Shown: positions 45,717-57,663 of the stretch, in pieces | Layout of the letters: each line of letters opens with the position of its first letter | Numbering within the stretch: the stretch's first letter is position 1 | Assembly (NCBI GenBank): GCA_045159875.1 | Contig: CP067995.1 | Span: 1,728,001 to 1,792,000 of the forward strand | Direction of reading: 5' to 3' | Origin: a cyanobacterium endosymbiont of Rhopalodia gibba | GTDB lineage: Bacteria; Cyanobacteriota; Cyanobacteriia; Cyanobacteriales; Microcystaceae | DNA length: 64,000 nucleotides | Translations under genes and position numbers: made by a program | Notes under the pieces: generated by a model | What the model was told of the DNA's origin: nothing | Seen by the model: the letters and a program-made list of their open reading frames with translations, nothing else | Database searches by the model: none

Positions 45717-46332
45717 TTACTTCATGCTCTTTCTATAATTCTTTATCTAGTTTATTGTGTGTTAGGGAATAGAGAACATAGGAACAGCTTTAAGCTCAAT
45801 ATTTTATATTGTGATAATGTAGATTTAACCGGTTAAATGTCAAATAGATAAACTTCTGAGTTAAAGATCGACGAAAGTTCTCAATCCATAAGTCCTATTT
45901 ATTAATCAATCTCAATTTATTATTAATATTTTCTGCCGTTACTTGAGTTGTTCTTTTGTAAAAGTAGATAATAATTTCATAGTTCTACATCTAAATTATT
46001 ACATAGTTCTAAGTTTATTACACAGTTTTTAGGCACAATGAGTAAGCTTTTCGATCCCAGTAAGTAAGTTTCAATAGTATTGGTTTAAGTTTTTTTTAAA
46101 ATTCGATAAAATTTTGTAATAGCTGAACTATAAAAAACACAAATTATTATTAAATCTATATCTTTCGATAAATCGAATTATTCCTATTTTATTTTCAGTC
46201 TAATTGAGGAGTAATAAATAACAAGTTCTTATATATTTATAATCTTATCTTTTGAATTAAGTTGAGTATTTGATACTATCGGTATAAATTATATAAAATA
46301 TTTAGTTTAGCAAAATGTAATTCAAATAAAAA

Positions 46333-46378
46333 ACTTATTGGAAGGTATTTTCGTGCACGAAAATACCTTCCAATAAGT
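46333..46378. repeat. 46-bp perfect loopless palindrome
   Basis: ACTTATTGGAAGGTATTTTCGTG|CACGAAAATACCTTCCAATAAGT. Confidence 0.97.
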
Positions 46379-46913
46379 CTATGATTGATAATCAAATCTT
46401 TGTCTTTACATTGCTCATTTTTGTATAATAGGTCCACTATGATTATTGTGATTTAACAGAACTTAAATCAATCACGTGAAATTTAATTAGCTGGAATATG
46501 GATTTAAAAAGATAGGATAAGACGAACTGAAAACCTTGTGAATCTTCATATCTGTATTAGGAGAAGATTCTATTAATTTTTTATCCGTATATATTCCAGT
46601 TCCCTGTACTCTTTTGATGTAAATATCTTACATAATTGTTTAGAGATAAGGCAACTTTCTTCTTAGATAAGTTGATAGGATAAAATAAAAAATACATATT
46701 AATCTGACTTTATTATCTGCTTTGAATCAAAAGTAAAATATAAGTTAGCTCCGCTTCCTACTGTCTTTAAAAAACACTTATAGTCTTGATTGTTGGCAAT
46801 TTTTAGAGTAAATCATTAGCCTCATTGTATCTTAAACCTAGATGTGGGCAATAAAAAATGTGTTTTTAAATCTAGCTAAAATTACGTTTACATGTATAAG
46901 AATGGTATCAAAA

Positions 46914-47693
46914 TCATAAAATTTGAGATAAAAACTGTCTGGATCTTTCTGCTTGAGGGTTATTAAAAAATTCTTCAGGAGTTGCAACTTCAACAATTTT
47001 TCCTCCATCCATAAAGACTATACGATCAGCTACTTCCCTTGCAAACCCCACTTCATGGGTGACACATACCATGGTCATCCCGGAATCAGCTAAATTACGC
47101 ATAGTGTCCAACACTTCTTTTATCATTTCTGGATCTAAGGCAGAGGTAGGTTCATCGAATAACATAATCTTAGGTTGCATGGCTAATGCGCGGGCAATCG
47201 CCACTCGCTGCTGTTGTCCTCCTGATAATTGACCTGGATATTTATGAGCCTGTTCAAGAATACCCACCTTTTCAAGTAATTGCATGGCTGTTACTTCCGC
47301 TTTTTCTTTCTTTTGGTGACGAACCCAGATCGGAGCTAGAGTAACATTATTAAGAACGGTTAGATGGGGAAATAGATTAAATTGCTGAAACACCATCCCC
47401 ACTTCCCTGCGAATAGTTTCAATATTTTTAAGGTCATGAGAAAGTTCTACACCATCAACGATAACATTTCCCTTTTGATAAGATTCAAGGGCATTAAAAG
47501 TGCGAATAAAAGTAGATTTCCCTGACCCTGACGGTCCCATAATGACTACCACCTCTTGGGGGTTGACTCGAAGACTGACCCCTCGTAACACATGAAAGTT
47601 ATTGTCGTACCATTTCTCTACATCTTGAGCAATGATGACAGGGTTCTTTTCAGAACGAAAATATAAATTGTTATTTTTGACAGATTGAGTCAT
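46914..47693 (-). CDS. polar amino-acid ABC transporter ATP-binding subunit (GlnQ/AapP-like)
   Basis: [49 protein letters not shown]. Confidence 0.93.
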   Translation of the reverse strand: MTQSVKNNNLYFRSEKNPVIIAQDVEKWYDNNFHVLRGVSLRVNPQEVVVIMGPSGSGKSTFIRTFNALESYQKGNVIVDGVELSHDLKNIETIRREVGMVFQQFNLFPHLTVLNNVTLAPIWVRHQKKEKAEVTAMQLLEKVGILEQAHKYPGQLSGGQQQRVAIARALAMQPKIMLFDEPTSALDPEMIKEVLDTMRNLADSGMTMVCVTHEVGFAREVADRIVFMDGGKIVEVATPEEFFNNPQAERSRQFLSQIL

Positions 47694-48410
47694 CGATTTT
47701 AAGCAGTGACTATTTGGCCTTCTACCACTGTATTGCAAAATTCTCAAACTTTCACTGTAAACTACAGCTTAAAGTTGTTTGAGGACAAAGAACAATACAA
47801 AGTGCTGAAGCCAAAAGCAGAATATAAATTTTAAATTACAACAAAAGCCGACACTCTACCTCTCATTATTTCATCTCCTAACAGTGTAACGAGCAAAATA
47901 CTCAATAGATAGAAATTTTAACTCATCATATGGAATCAAATTTCTTGTTTATCTATATTTTGTAAAAAATTTTGCTCAACTCCCTTCCTCAAAATCATAT
48001 AGCGGCAAAACCATAATCTCAATTCAGGCTCTGATTCAACAAAACTCTAAAATCTGTAACCATTTACTTTTGAACTTAAAAGTGTCAATTTCTTTATTTC
48101 TTTAAAAAAAGATAACATCATTTGTATTAAGTTATGTTATGTCTGCAATAGGTTCTCGGAAAATGAGATAGTGATAATGACACAAACGTATCCAACGTGA
48201 AAGATATTACAGCAAAAGACTGATCCGGAATTTTTTGTTTTTCTGTGTCATCAAATGGAAATAAGCTGTCGACAGCTAGTTAACTTCTCACAATGTTGAA
48301 TTAAATAAAAATTAAGATATTAATCTTATCCTATTTTATATTATGCAATAACTCAAATTTTGTTTTTTTTAGAAAAAGTAAAAATAACAATATAAATGAT
48401 AAGATTAAGT

Positions 48411-48453
48411 TAAAGAACGTAGAGATTTTTTAAAAAAATCTCTACGTTCTTTA
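48411..48453. repeat. perfect 21-bp inverted repeat, 1-nt centre
   Basis: TAAAGAACGTAGAGATTTTTT-A-AAAAAATCTCTACGTTCTTTA. Confidence 0.95.
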
Positions 48454-48633
48454 CTATTTTCTATTCACCCTCATTAAGATTTCTTATTGAAAAATAAAGA
48501 CAAAATTTACACATCACATTTATAGAAATATATTAAATAATAATAACTTTCTTTTCTTTATATCTTCTTCTTTATAAGTAGCCGCCAACATTAGATAATG
48601 GAGAGGATAACCGATATCTAACTCATACTTCTC

Positions 48634-48996
48634 ATGAACACTCCTTTCCTTTCCCCCGAAGACTTACCTCTACAAAGTACGACGGACTTCGGACTGCGAC
48701 GGAAACTTGATGAAATCATCGGTCAATATTTCTACGAATCTTGTGATCGCTCACTTCAGACCTTATTATCTCAATGTGGCTGGTATCTTACCAGTTCCTC
48801 TAAGGTCTTAACTTTAGTGATCACCTGTCCCGATCATTCAACTAATTTACATATTCTTAAACATGTTGCCGCCCTGGGATATTATTTACAAAATTTTACT
48901 GAGAACGGAAGAATCCAGATCTATCCCCCTGCTGGTAAAGGAACTTCCTTGAAAATTCCCGTCAAAAAAGGACGAATCTATCAAGACTCTCTTTGA
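48634..48996 (+). CDS. cyanobacterial hypothetical protein
   Basis: Clean 120-aa ORF (FYESCD...LLSQCGWY...LVITCPD) with coding-like GC. Confidence 0.65.
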   Translation: MNTPFLSPEDLPLQSTTDFGLRRKLDEIIGQYFYESCDRSLQTLLSQCGWYLTSSSKVLTLVITCPDHSTNLHILKHVAALGYYLQNFTENGRIQIYPPAGKGTSLKIPVKKGRIYQDSL

Positions 48997-50008
48997 AAAG
49001 AACCTCAGTAAGATGGGTATTGTCCATCTTACTGAGGTTCTTTTCAAAGAGAGTTTACCAAAGATAATTCGGACAATTGGTGAAGAAAATCTCATTAAAA
49101 CTATTAACACCACGACTTAAACGGGTAATTTTAGATAATACGGTTAAACCAGACTATAAAGTTAAAGTTATATCTCAGCTAGGCTCAATAGAAAATTATA
49201 TTTTATTCTCTTCCGCCAATAATTTTTGCTTCTGGTAACATCCATCTTGATTAAGATACCAAAACCTCTCCTTCAAATATTTAGAAAACATTAATGTAGT
49301 GCTCGTCTGTAATTCCTGCAATAGTTGTACACTTCCTACATCAGCAAAAATTATTGTCAGGATATCGCTAGCACTTGCCCCTTGGTTGATAGTTTTTGCA
49401 GTAGAGATAACGTTTGAAGTTGCACTAAAAAACAACCATTTGTCATTATCAATAGTCATTACTACTTCCTCGACACCAATTAGGAACTTTGACCTATTGG
49501 TCAAACCTAGTCAATAGTTCTCATTCCAGCTGGAATTAATAAATTTTTATGATGAGCGCGCATGTCTACCATATTTAATTATGGGTATAAATTTTGATCT
49601 TTATTTGTCGGAATATTTTTTAAAGAGCTATAGCGAGTTAGAACAATAGTCTCTTAATAAATAACCACAGAATTTAAATTAATAAAATAGCCTGAGTTAG
49701 ATAGATAGAAGTGAACAAAAACTAAAAAAACACGTGATAAAGAAATCTCCTACATAATTACAATTAAAACCACTATCAAACTAGAGATTGTAGACTCAGA
49801 AAACTTTTAGTTTGACATGACGCCGCACGAATTGTACCAAACTTAATTAGCTTAATATTAAGCTTGATATACTTCTCAATTAACTCTACTGACAAAATAT
49901 AATATTCGAAAACGATATATCTTATCTACAATTTATTCTTTTCGCTTGATATTTAAAAGTAAGAAATAAAGATAATCGTTAGAAAACAGTAAGAAAAATT
50001 GATGTTAG

Positions 50009-50312
50009 TTAAGTGAAGACAAAGATAATTGTCCCAGTGGAATACTTTCCCTTTTTCCTTGATGATAACTCAAGTGACATGACGAACAAAGTGGGCGGAG
50101 ATTATTAGGCTTCAGAATCGGTGGGATTGTAATCACAATGATGGAGCCGTAACGATCTAGCTTTTCTTGCTTTAATACTTACTCAGCTTTAGAAGATTTT
50201 CTTCTGGTTTAAGACACTGTATTACATACTTGGTACATTTACACTCTGCACCTTCTTTAATTGTTTGTTCAATGATTTTCTAATTTTTGGGATATCAAGA
50301 TATTATATCCAT
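50009..50312 (-). pseudogene. HNH endonuclease, disrupted
   Basis: S*YPKN*K...QCLKPEE...LHHCDYNP...LRPLCSSCHLSYH...GQLSL; internal stops. Confidence 0.7.
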
Positions 50313-50464
50313 TAAACTAGACTAAAACAAAGAATATTATTAATTAATTTTTCCATCCTTTCTATACCTCTGATACTCCTACAATATGGCACAATGGAAA
50401 ACGCTGACTACATGATCATGATAGTCATCCAAAACTGAATTAACCAAAATTTTAAATAATTCTG

Positions 50465-51526
50465 ATGACTGCAACTCTTGAGGCATCTACAAAGACTCGT
50501 CGCGTTGTTTTTCCCTTCACTGCTATTGTCGGCCAAGAAGAGATGAAATTAGCTTTGCTACTCAACATCATTGACCCTAAAATCGGTGGTGTAATGATTA
50601 TGGGTGATCGCGGAACTGGAAAATCTACCACTATTCGCGCGTTAGCTGACTTGCTTCCTGAAATTGACGTAATAGCGGATGATCCCTTCAACTCTGACCC
50701 AAATGATCCTGACTTGATGAGTGATCGCGTTCGTCAACAACTCAAAGAAAATATTCCTCTCCAAGTTGCTAGTAAAAAAGTTGCGATGGTGGATCTTCCT
50801 TTAGGAGCCACTGAAGATAGAATCTGTGGTTCAATCGATATTGAAAAGGCTCTCTCAGAAGGAGTAAAAGCTTTTGAACCTGGACTTTTGGCTAAAGCAA
50901 ACCGTGGTATCATCTACGTGGATGAGGTTAACCTACTTGATGACCATCTTGTAGATGTTCTCCTTGATTCAGCAGCCAGTGGTTGGAATACAGTAGAACG
51001 GGAAGGGATTTCTATTCGTCATCCCGCGCGGTTTGTCCTAGTTGGCTCAGGAAACCCAGAAGAAGGGGAATTACGACCTCAATTACTTGATCGTTTCGGA
51101 ATGCACGCAGAAATTCATACTATAAAGGAACCGATCTTGAGGGTAAAAATTGTAGAACAACGCTCGGAATTTGACAAAGATCCCCAGAAATTCTATGATA
51201 AATATCAATCCCAACAAAAAGAACTGAAAAACCACTTAGTTGAAGCTCAAAAATTGCTCAAACAGGTTGATATTGACTATGAGTTGCGGGTTAAAATTTC
51301 TGAAGTTTGCTCTGAACTAGATGTGGATGGACTTAGAGGAGACATTGTTACCAACCGCGCTTCTAAAGCGTTGGCCGCCTTTGAAGGACGGACAAGTGTC
51401 ACCGTCAATGATGTAGGTCGTACTATTGTCTTATGTTTACGTCATCGACTCCGCAAAGATCCTCTCGAAACTATTGATTCTGGTCATAAAGTCAATAAAG
51501 CTTTTAACCGAGTCTTGGGTTTATAA
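50465..51526 (+). CDS. chlI: magnesium chelatase ATPase subunit I
   Basis: [48 protein letters not shown]. Confidence 0.96.
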   Translation: MTATLEASTKTRRVVFPFTAIVGQEEMKLALLLNIIDPKIGGVMIMGDRGTGKSTTIRALADLLPEIDVIADDPFNSDPNDPDLMSDRVRQQLKENIPLQVASKKVAMVDLPLGATEDRICGSIDIEKALSEGVKAFEPGLLAKANRGIIYVDEVNLLDDHLVDVLLDSAASGWNTVEREGISIRHPARFVLVGSGNPEEGELRPQLLDRFGMHAEIHTIKEPILRVKIVEQRSEFDKDPQKFYDKYQSQQKELKNHLVEAQKLLKQVDIDYELRVKISEVCSELDVDGLRGDIVTNRASKALAAFEGRTSVTVNDVGRTIVLCLRHRLRKDPLETIDSGHKVNKAFNRVLGL

Positions 51527-51773
51527 ATGGAAGAATATTAAGAGAAGAGAAAGTGTAAATTGAGTGAACTGTAAAAGGTTGAATCTTTTTTAGACATGTT
51601 CTTTAATGCAATAGAATTAAGGAAATTAGAAGTTTGCAGGTGTTTTATGTCATAAATTATCTGTACTGTTTCTTATAGTCTTTCTATGATTCTAGTTGAG
51701 CTAAACCAGAAAAAATTCGTTAAGATCAAAGTGAATTAGGAAATCGCCTGACCATTGACCTGCTAAAAGTCCT

Positions 51774-52337
51774 ATGACTTCTGTAATCGCTGTAGAAAAA
51801 GAAAAGTTAGAAAATCCTCCGTTAAATATTCACTATTTGGGTGACCGCGTTTTACGTCAACCGGCTAAACGTATTGCGAGAGTTGATGACTCCGTTCGCA
51901 AACTAGTTAGAGAAATGCTACAAACTATGTATAGTTCTCATGGAATCGGTTTAGCTGCACCTCAAGTAGGGATCCATAAACAATTGATTGTTATAGATTG
52001 TACTCCTGATGATTCTGCTAATAAACCTGTGGTCTTAATTAATCCTAAAATTACCAGTATTTCTAATGAATTATCCCTGTTTGAAGAAGGTTGTTTAAGT
52101 ATTCCAGGGGTTTATTTGGATGTGACTCGTCCTGAAGTGATTGAAGTATCTTTTAAAGATGAACAAGGAAAACCTCGCAAGCGACAAGCCACTGATTTAT
52201 TAGCACGGGTTATTCAACATGAAATAGATCACCTTAATGGGGTGATGTTTGTTGATCGAGTTGACAACGGTTTAGCGTTAACTGAAGCTTTACAAAAGAA
52301 TGGATTTTCTCCACAAGCTATCAGACGGATAAAATAA
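51774..52337 (+). CDS. def: peptide deformylase
   Basis: GIGLAAPQVG, EGCLSIP, QHEIDHLNG. Confidence 0.97.
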   Translation: MTSVIAVEKEKLENPPLNIHYLGDRVLRQPAKRIARVDDSVRKLVREMLQTMYSSHGIGLAAPQVGIHKQLIVIDCTPDDSANKPVVLINPKITSISNELSLFEEGCLSIPGVYLDVTRPEVIEVSFKDEQGKPRKRQATDLLARVIQHEIDHLNGVMFVDRVDNGLALTEALQKNGFSPQAIRRIK

Positions 52338-52379
52338 CCAATAATTAATTAATACTGTCACTAAAGAGGGATAATTTTT

Positions 52380-52580
52380 TTGCCTTTAAAAGTAGCTTAT
52401 TATTATCGGGGTTGTCTATTATTCTAATTGTAGACGTAGGTCCTATCTTTGAACTTTCGTTACAAATCTTTAGTTGGTCTAAATGATCATAAATATTATT
52501 TTTAGGCACTAATATTTTCTTAACGGCGCTTTTTTTTGTGCGCCGTGCGAGACATAAAAATCAACATAAAACAATCGATG
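52380..52580 (+). pseudogene. small two-helix membrane protein downstream of def, disrupted
   Basis: KSSLLLSGLSIILIVDVGPIFELS and later TALFF..VRDIKINIK fragments in different frames. Confidence 0.45.
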
Positions 52581-52677
52581 CCTTTCCGTTAGAACTAGGC
52601 TTAACGATGAGAGCATCTATTTAGAATAACTTCTGTTTTTCCTTTTAGATGAGTACTTTTTGTCTTGTACCTAGTGA

Positions 52678-53069
52678 TTAGAAATTAATTTTTCAATCCT
52701 TCTCATAAGATAGATGGCAAAAAAATTACAGCCCCCCAAACTAAACTAGCTAATATATAGCTTAATCCTAATAAATATTCTTTGTTTTTTAACAAGAGAT
52801 AGTTTTCATAAGAAAAAGAAGAAAAGGTAGTAAATCCACCACAAAATTCCATTGCTAACAACAATGTCCAATTTGAGTGGAATTAAAATCTTTCAATTAG
52901 TCCGATAGAAAGTCCAATAATGAAACACCCTACAATGTTAACTGTGAATGTTTCCACGGGAAATTTATGTTTGAGGGTCAATTTACTACTAACAACTTGG
53001 CTTACAAAATATCGAGAGCAACTACCTAAGCCCCCCTAAGAATACCATCAAAAACTGCAGGAATCTCAT
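52678..53069 (-). pseudogene. crcB: fluoride channel CrcB/FluC, disrupted
   Basis: FLGG-(frameshift)-[38 protein letters not shown]; one frameshift in a G-run and one internal stop. Confidence 0.85.
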
Positions 53070-53116
53070 TTTTTTGTCGTCAATCTCTAAAACCGTCTTT
53101 TATTTAAGTACTTGTA

Positions 53117-55357
53117 TCAAGATTCCACACTATTGACACGGTGAACATTGACGATGTCACTCAAATTCCGAATTTGAGTGATAACACATTCTAATTGTTG
53201 ACGATCACGAATATCAATTCGCAAGTTAATCATTGCAGGCCGACTACGACTGGTTTTTACCCCAGCATTACGAACATTAATATTATTGTCACTGAGACGG
53301 GATAAAATATCCTTAAGGATTCCTACACGATCAAGAGCTTCAATGAAAATATCCACGGGATAGGTTCGAGTATGTCCATTGTCTTCTGTGGGATTCCAAC
53401 GAACTGGAATCAGACGGTCACCAAGTATATCATCTATGTTAGAACACCCTTGACAATGGATTGAAATACCTCTAGCTCCCTTTGTCACTATACCGATAAT
53501 GGGTTCTCCGGGCAAGGGGTGACAGCAGCCAGCAATATTGTAAACTAACCCTTCAACGCCCATAATCGGAGATTTGTTTTGTTTAACTGGACAAAAAGCA
53601 AGAGGAAAAGGGTTAAAAGCTCGAGTTTTATCATTAGAAATTTCTTCTTCTTGAGTCTTAACGGTAATTTCTCTAAGTCGGTTAGCAACTTGGTTTAGGG
53701 TAATTTCCCCATATCCCAAGGCTGCTAGTAAGTCCTCAACAGACTGATAATTACAGCGTTCAGCGACACTTTGCATGGGATCAGATTTAAGCAAGGCATC
53801 TAAGCCACTTTTACCTAATTCCTTTTCTAACATCTCGCGTCCTCGGGCAAAATTTTCATCTCGGTGTGATCGCTTATACCATTGACGAATACGATTTCGC
53901 GCACTGGGAGTCACTACAAAATTAAGCCAGTCTAAACTGGGATGGGCATTTTTCTGGGTAATAATCTCTACAATATCTCCATTATTCAGAGGAATATCTA
54001 AAACTGACCACTTTTCATTAACTCTTGCTCCTTTCATGTGGTTTCCCACTTCTGTATGGATACTATAGGCAAAATCAACGGGCGTAGCCCCTCTCGCTAG
54101 GGCAACCACATCTCCTTGAGGGGTAAAGACATAAACATCATCATCAAAAAGATTATCTTTGAGAGTATCCACATATTCTTGAGCATCTTGGAGATCTTTT
54201 TGCCATTCGAGAAGTTGACGCAACCAGGTAAATTTTTCATCCCCTTGAGAAAGAGTAGTATAGTGCGATCCTCCTGTTTCTTTATATTTCCAGTGAGCAG
54301 CAATCCCATATTCAGCTATGTGGTGCATTTCCAGGGTGCGAATTTGGACTTCTAGGGGACGACCTGTTAACCCCACTACCGTTGTATGAAGAGATTGATA
54401 ACGGTTAGGTTTTGGCAATCCAATATAATCCTTGAAACGCCCAGGAATTGGTTTAAACGCATCATGAACTACCGCTAAGGCACGATAACATTCCTCATTA
54501 TTTTGGACAATAATTCTCAGGGCAGCAATGTCGTAAATTTGATGAAATCCTTTTTGCTGTCGTTGCATTTTATGATAAATTCCGTAGAGATGCTTGGGGC
54601 GAGCTTGTAAGTCCAACACTCGAATCCCAACACTTTCTAAGCGTTGACGTAGGGTCTCTTTTAGTTTTTCTAAACGGGTTTCGCGATCACTACGTTTTTC
54701 AGCTACTAGGGACTGAATTTCTCGATAGGCTTCTGGTTCTAAATATTTAAAGGATAGATCTTCTAAGTCCCACTTCAACCGCCAAATTCCTAAACGATTT
54801 GCTAAAGGAGCAAAAATTTCTCTAGTTTCCAGGGCTATACGTTTTTGCTTTTCTGGTTTAAGATGTTCTAGAGTTCGCATATTGTGTAAGCGATCAGCTA
54901 ATTTAACCACAATCACCCGAATATCTTTAGCCATTGCTAAGAACATCCGACGAAAATTTTCAGCCTGGTGTTCTGTTTTACTTGAAAAATTGAATTTAGA
55001 TAGCTTAGTCACTCCTTCCACTAAGTTTCGTATTTCTTTCCCGAACTGTTCCTCAATTTGTTCTAGGGTGACATCCGTATCTTCTACTACGTCATGGAGA
55101 AATCCAGCTGCAATCATGGCTTGATCTCCACCTAAATCCCGCAATAACCCTGCTACAGCGATGGGATGGGCAATATATGGTTCTCCCGATTTACGATATT
55201 GGCCCTCATGTAGTTGATAGGCAAAATTGAACGCACGACAGATTAGACCAACATCTTCACTATCTTGATCAGATTGACAGGCGAGAAAAGACCGATTCAG
55301 CCAGTCAGGAAGAGACAGTTTAACATGTTCGGGTTCAGGATAGGTAACTAAGTTCAT
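53117..55357 (-). CDS. spoT: bifunctional (p)ppGpp synthetase/hydrolase (RelA/SpoT)
   Basis: RKSGEPYIAHP, LHDVVEDT, KLADRLHNMRTL, YQSLHT, TGS and ACT domains. Confidence 0.95.
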   Translation of the reverse strand: MNLVTYPEPEHVKLSLPDWLNRSFLACQSDQDSEDVGLICRAFNFAYQLHEGQYRKSGEPYIAHPIAVAGLLRDLGGDQAMIAAGFLHDVVEDTDVTLEQIEEQFGKEIRNLVEGVTKLSKFNFSSKTEHQAENFRRMFLAMAKDIRVIVVKLADRLHNMRTLEHLKPEKQKRIALETREIFAPLANRLGIWRLKWDLEDLSFKYLEPEAYREIQSLVAEKRSDRETRLEKLKETLRQRLESVGIRVLDLQARPKHLYGIYHKMQRQQKGFHQIYDIAALRIIVQNNEECYRALAVVHDAFKPIPGRFKDYIGLPKPNRYQSLHTTVVGLTGRPLEVQIRTLEMHHIAEYGIAAHWKYKETGGSHYTTLSQGDEKFTWLRQLLEWQKDLQDAQEYVDTLKDNLFDDDVYVFTPQGDVVALARGATPVDFAYSIHTEVGNHMKGARVNEKWSVLDIPLNNGDIVEIITQKNAHPSLDWLNFVVTPSARNRIRQWYKRSHRDENFARGREMLEKELGKSGLDALLKSDPMQSVAERCNYQSVEDLLAALGYGEITLNQVANRLREITVKTQEEEISNDKTRAFNPFPLAFCPVKQNKSPIMGVEGLVYNIAGCCHPLPGEPIIGIVTKGARGISIHCQGCSNIDDILGDRLIPVRWNPTEDNGHTRTYPVDIFIEALDRVGILKDILSRLSDNNINVRNAGVKTSRSRPAMINLRIDIRDRQQLECVITQIRNLSDIVNVHRVNSVES

Positions 55358-55644
55358 AGAATGGTTAACAGGGCGATAAGAGACAGAACAAGACAACTAT
55401 AGTAGCTGAAAGCAAAATTACTCTACGAGTTAACGATTGACTGCTATTTAACAAAAAAAGTAATCAAAAAGGCGCCCAGAATATCAAATATATATTTTTT
55501 CTTTATATCTTCTGCAGAAAGACTAACTCAAAGAAATTAATGTTTGCTTGAACAGTTTTAGTCGAAGAAAAGGTTTAGTACCAATGAAATAAACCTCTAT
55601 TGTTTAATATTATTTAATATATCTTAAGCTAGATCTTGTTGTCT

Positions 55645-56025
55645 ATGTTACCGAAACCTCATCAAAAATTTTATCAAAAATTCTTAGCTTCCTTGATCAC
55701 GCTCAGAGCTCAGATCATGATGAAGGACATAAACTCAGGACGATTATCCCAAAATTTTCACATGGCACAAGAAAATTTTCACATGGCACAAGAAATTTTT
55801 CAAAATCATATTTTGGGATTAACCACTGAGAATTTAGAGAATTATGCCGTCTCTTCTCGGCCATCTATCCAGACTGAAATCCATCGGACGTTGCGCTTGT
55901 TAATAACTGATTTTCTATTTTTACAGTCTTCCCAGAAGCGAAGTACAGAAGAACAACGATTAAAGAGGGTACTTGATCACATTGAAAAACTGATAGGTTA
56001 TTGTCAACTTATTCTAAGTAGATAA
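55645..56025 (+). CDS. patD: PatD-like protein
   Basis: IQTEIHRTLRLLITDFLFLQSS...EKLIGYC motif. Confidence 0.75.
   Translation: MLPKPHQKFYQKFLASLITLRAQIMMKDINSGRLSQNFHMAQENFHMAQEIFQNHILGLTTENLENYAVSSRPSIQTEIHRTLRLLITDFLFLQSSQKRSTEEQRLKRVLDHIEKLIGYCQLILSR
55751..55798 (+). repeat. 21-nt in-frame tandem duplication in patD
   Basis: AAAATTTTCACATGGCACAAG x2 gives NFHMAQE-NFHMAQE. Confidence 0.9.
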
Positions 56026-56042
56026 CTTTTTAAAAAATTATC

Positions 56043-56069
56043 GGGGAACAAATGCTATTTTTATTCCCC
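56043..56069. terminator. possible bidirectional terminator
   Basis: GGGGAA...TTCCCC hairpin between convergent patD and the M16 peptidase gene. Confidence 0.4.
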
Positions 56070-56079
56070 ATAATAGACA

Positions 56080-57663
56080 TTATTTTGTTTTAGATAAAAT
56101 GCGACCAATAGTTCGATTTTCAGGAATAAACGTTTTTTCAGCTACCCGTTTAATATCTGCTGCACTCACCGCTTCAACAGCTGTTAATTGTTCAAAAAGA
56201 TTGCGCCAACTTCCAGTTTTCACTTCATATTCAATCAATGATCGAGCCATACCTAAATTAGAGTCAAGTGATCCCACTAAGGCTGCTCTAAGTTGAGTTT
56301 TTACCCTTTGCAATTCTTGATTGGTGACAAATTCTTTCTTTAATCGTTCGATTTCTTGTTCCAAGGCTTTACCTACCTGGTCAACTGTACCATTAGGGGC
56401 AGTCTGAGCATAAAATAACATTAAATTAGGATATTTATCCCCTGGAAACCCATTAAAACCCTGAGCAACTAAAGCCACTTTTTTCTTCTCAACCAGAGAT
56501 TGATAAAGACGAGAGGTCCGTCCTGAACTTAATAAAGTTGCCATCACTTCATAAACAGCATGATCAGGATGAGTAATCGCCGGACGGTGATATCCTTCAA
56601 GATACCAGGGTTGAGACAGTAATTCCAGAGTAACTTCCTTGGCTTCAGTTTGTTGAGGTTCTACTTCAGTTACTCTTGGCGGTTTAGGTTTAGCTGAATA
56701 ACGACCAAAATAAACTTGGGCTAATTGTTTGACTCGTTTGGGACTCACATCTCCTACAATGGCGAAAGTTAAATTATCAGGTCCATAGTATGTCTCAAAA
56801 AATTGCCTTACATCTTCACGGGTAAGAGAAAGAATATCTTGATTATAACCAATAACAGGGCGTTTATAAGGATGTTTAGTAAAGGCGATATCGAGAAATG
56901 CCTCCATCATTTTACCAATAGGACTATTATCAGTTCTGAGGCGACGTTCTTCCAAAATCACGTCCTGTTCTTTATAAAATTCTCGGAAAACAGGTTCTAA
57001 AAATCGTTCTGATTCCAACGACATCCAAAGTTCCAATTTATTCGACGGAAAACTATAAAAATAGGTCGTCCAATCACTCGAAGTCGCTGCATTCATCCCG
57101 ACTCCTCCAGCCGTTTCTACAATTTGACCAAAAGCATTTTGTTGAACGTATTGGTTAGCTTCTGTCTGAACTTTTTGGAATTCTTGAGCTAATTGTTCGG
57201 CTTCTTTTATTTTACCCGCAGCTTGAGCGGCTTTCATTTGGGAAAATAGAGTATCCAGTTGATCTAAAAGAGGTTTTTCTGCTGCGTAATTGGTGGTTCC
57301 AATATCTTTCGTCCCTTTAAACGCTAAATGTTCTAAAAAATGGGCGACCCCTGTCTTGCCATCAGGTTCATCTACTGCTCCCACATCAGCATAGGTGACG
57401 AAAGACACCACAGGTGCGTCATGATTTTCCATGACGATGAACTTCATGCCATTATCGAGTTTAAATTCCGTTATTTGTTTAATCGCTCTATTAAGATAAG
57501 GTGTAATTGATTGGCTAACGAGTGGAGTGGAAGAAGTATTAGGAAGTGGCTGAGCAATAACTGGAACACTACTCCAAAGAAAAAATAGTAAGCTGAGGAT
57601 TGCAAAAGAATAGCGCATAGGAAGCGATCGAGTTAAAGAGTTTATTACCATTGATGCCATCAA
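56080..57663 (-). CDS. M16 (pitrilysin) family zinc peptidase, exported
   Basis: GVAHFLEHLAFKGT (HxxEH), NAATS.DWT; signal-peptide-like N-terminus. Confidence 0.92.
   Translation of the reverse strand: MMASMVINSLTRSLPMRYSFAILSLLFFLWSSVPVIAQPLPNTSSTPLVSQSITPYLNRAIKQITEFKLDNGMKFIVMENHDAPVVSFVTYADVGAVDEPDGKTGVAHFLEHLAFKGTKDIGTTNYAAEKPLLDQLDTLFSQMKAAQAAGKIKEAEQLAQEFQKVQTEANQYVQQNAFGQIVETAGGVGMNAATSSDWTTYFYSFPSNKLELWMSLESERFLEPVFREFYKEQDVILEERRLRTDNSPIGKMMEAFLDIAFTKHPYKRPVIGYNQDILSLTREDVRQFFETYYGPDNLTFAIVGDVSPKRVKQLAQVYFGRYSAKPKPPRVTEVEPQQTEAKEVTLELLSQPWYLEGYHRPAITHPDHAVYEVMATLLSSGRTSRLYQSLVEKKKVALVAQGFNGFPGDKYPNLMLFYAQTAPNGTVDQVGKALEQEIERLKKEFVTNQELQRVKTQLRAALVGSLDSNLGMARSLIEYEVKTGSWRNLFEQLTAVEAVSAADIKRVAEKTFIPENRTIGRILSKTK

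Noticed and set aside
53070..53116. Possible fluoride riboswitch upstream of crcB
   Set aside because: Gap is only ~47 nt and lacks the GGCGATGG/CTGATG consensus
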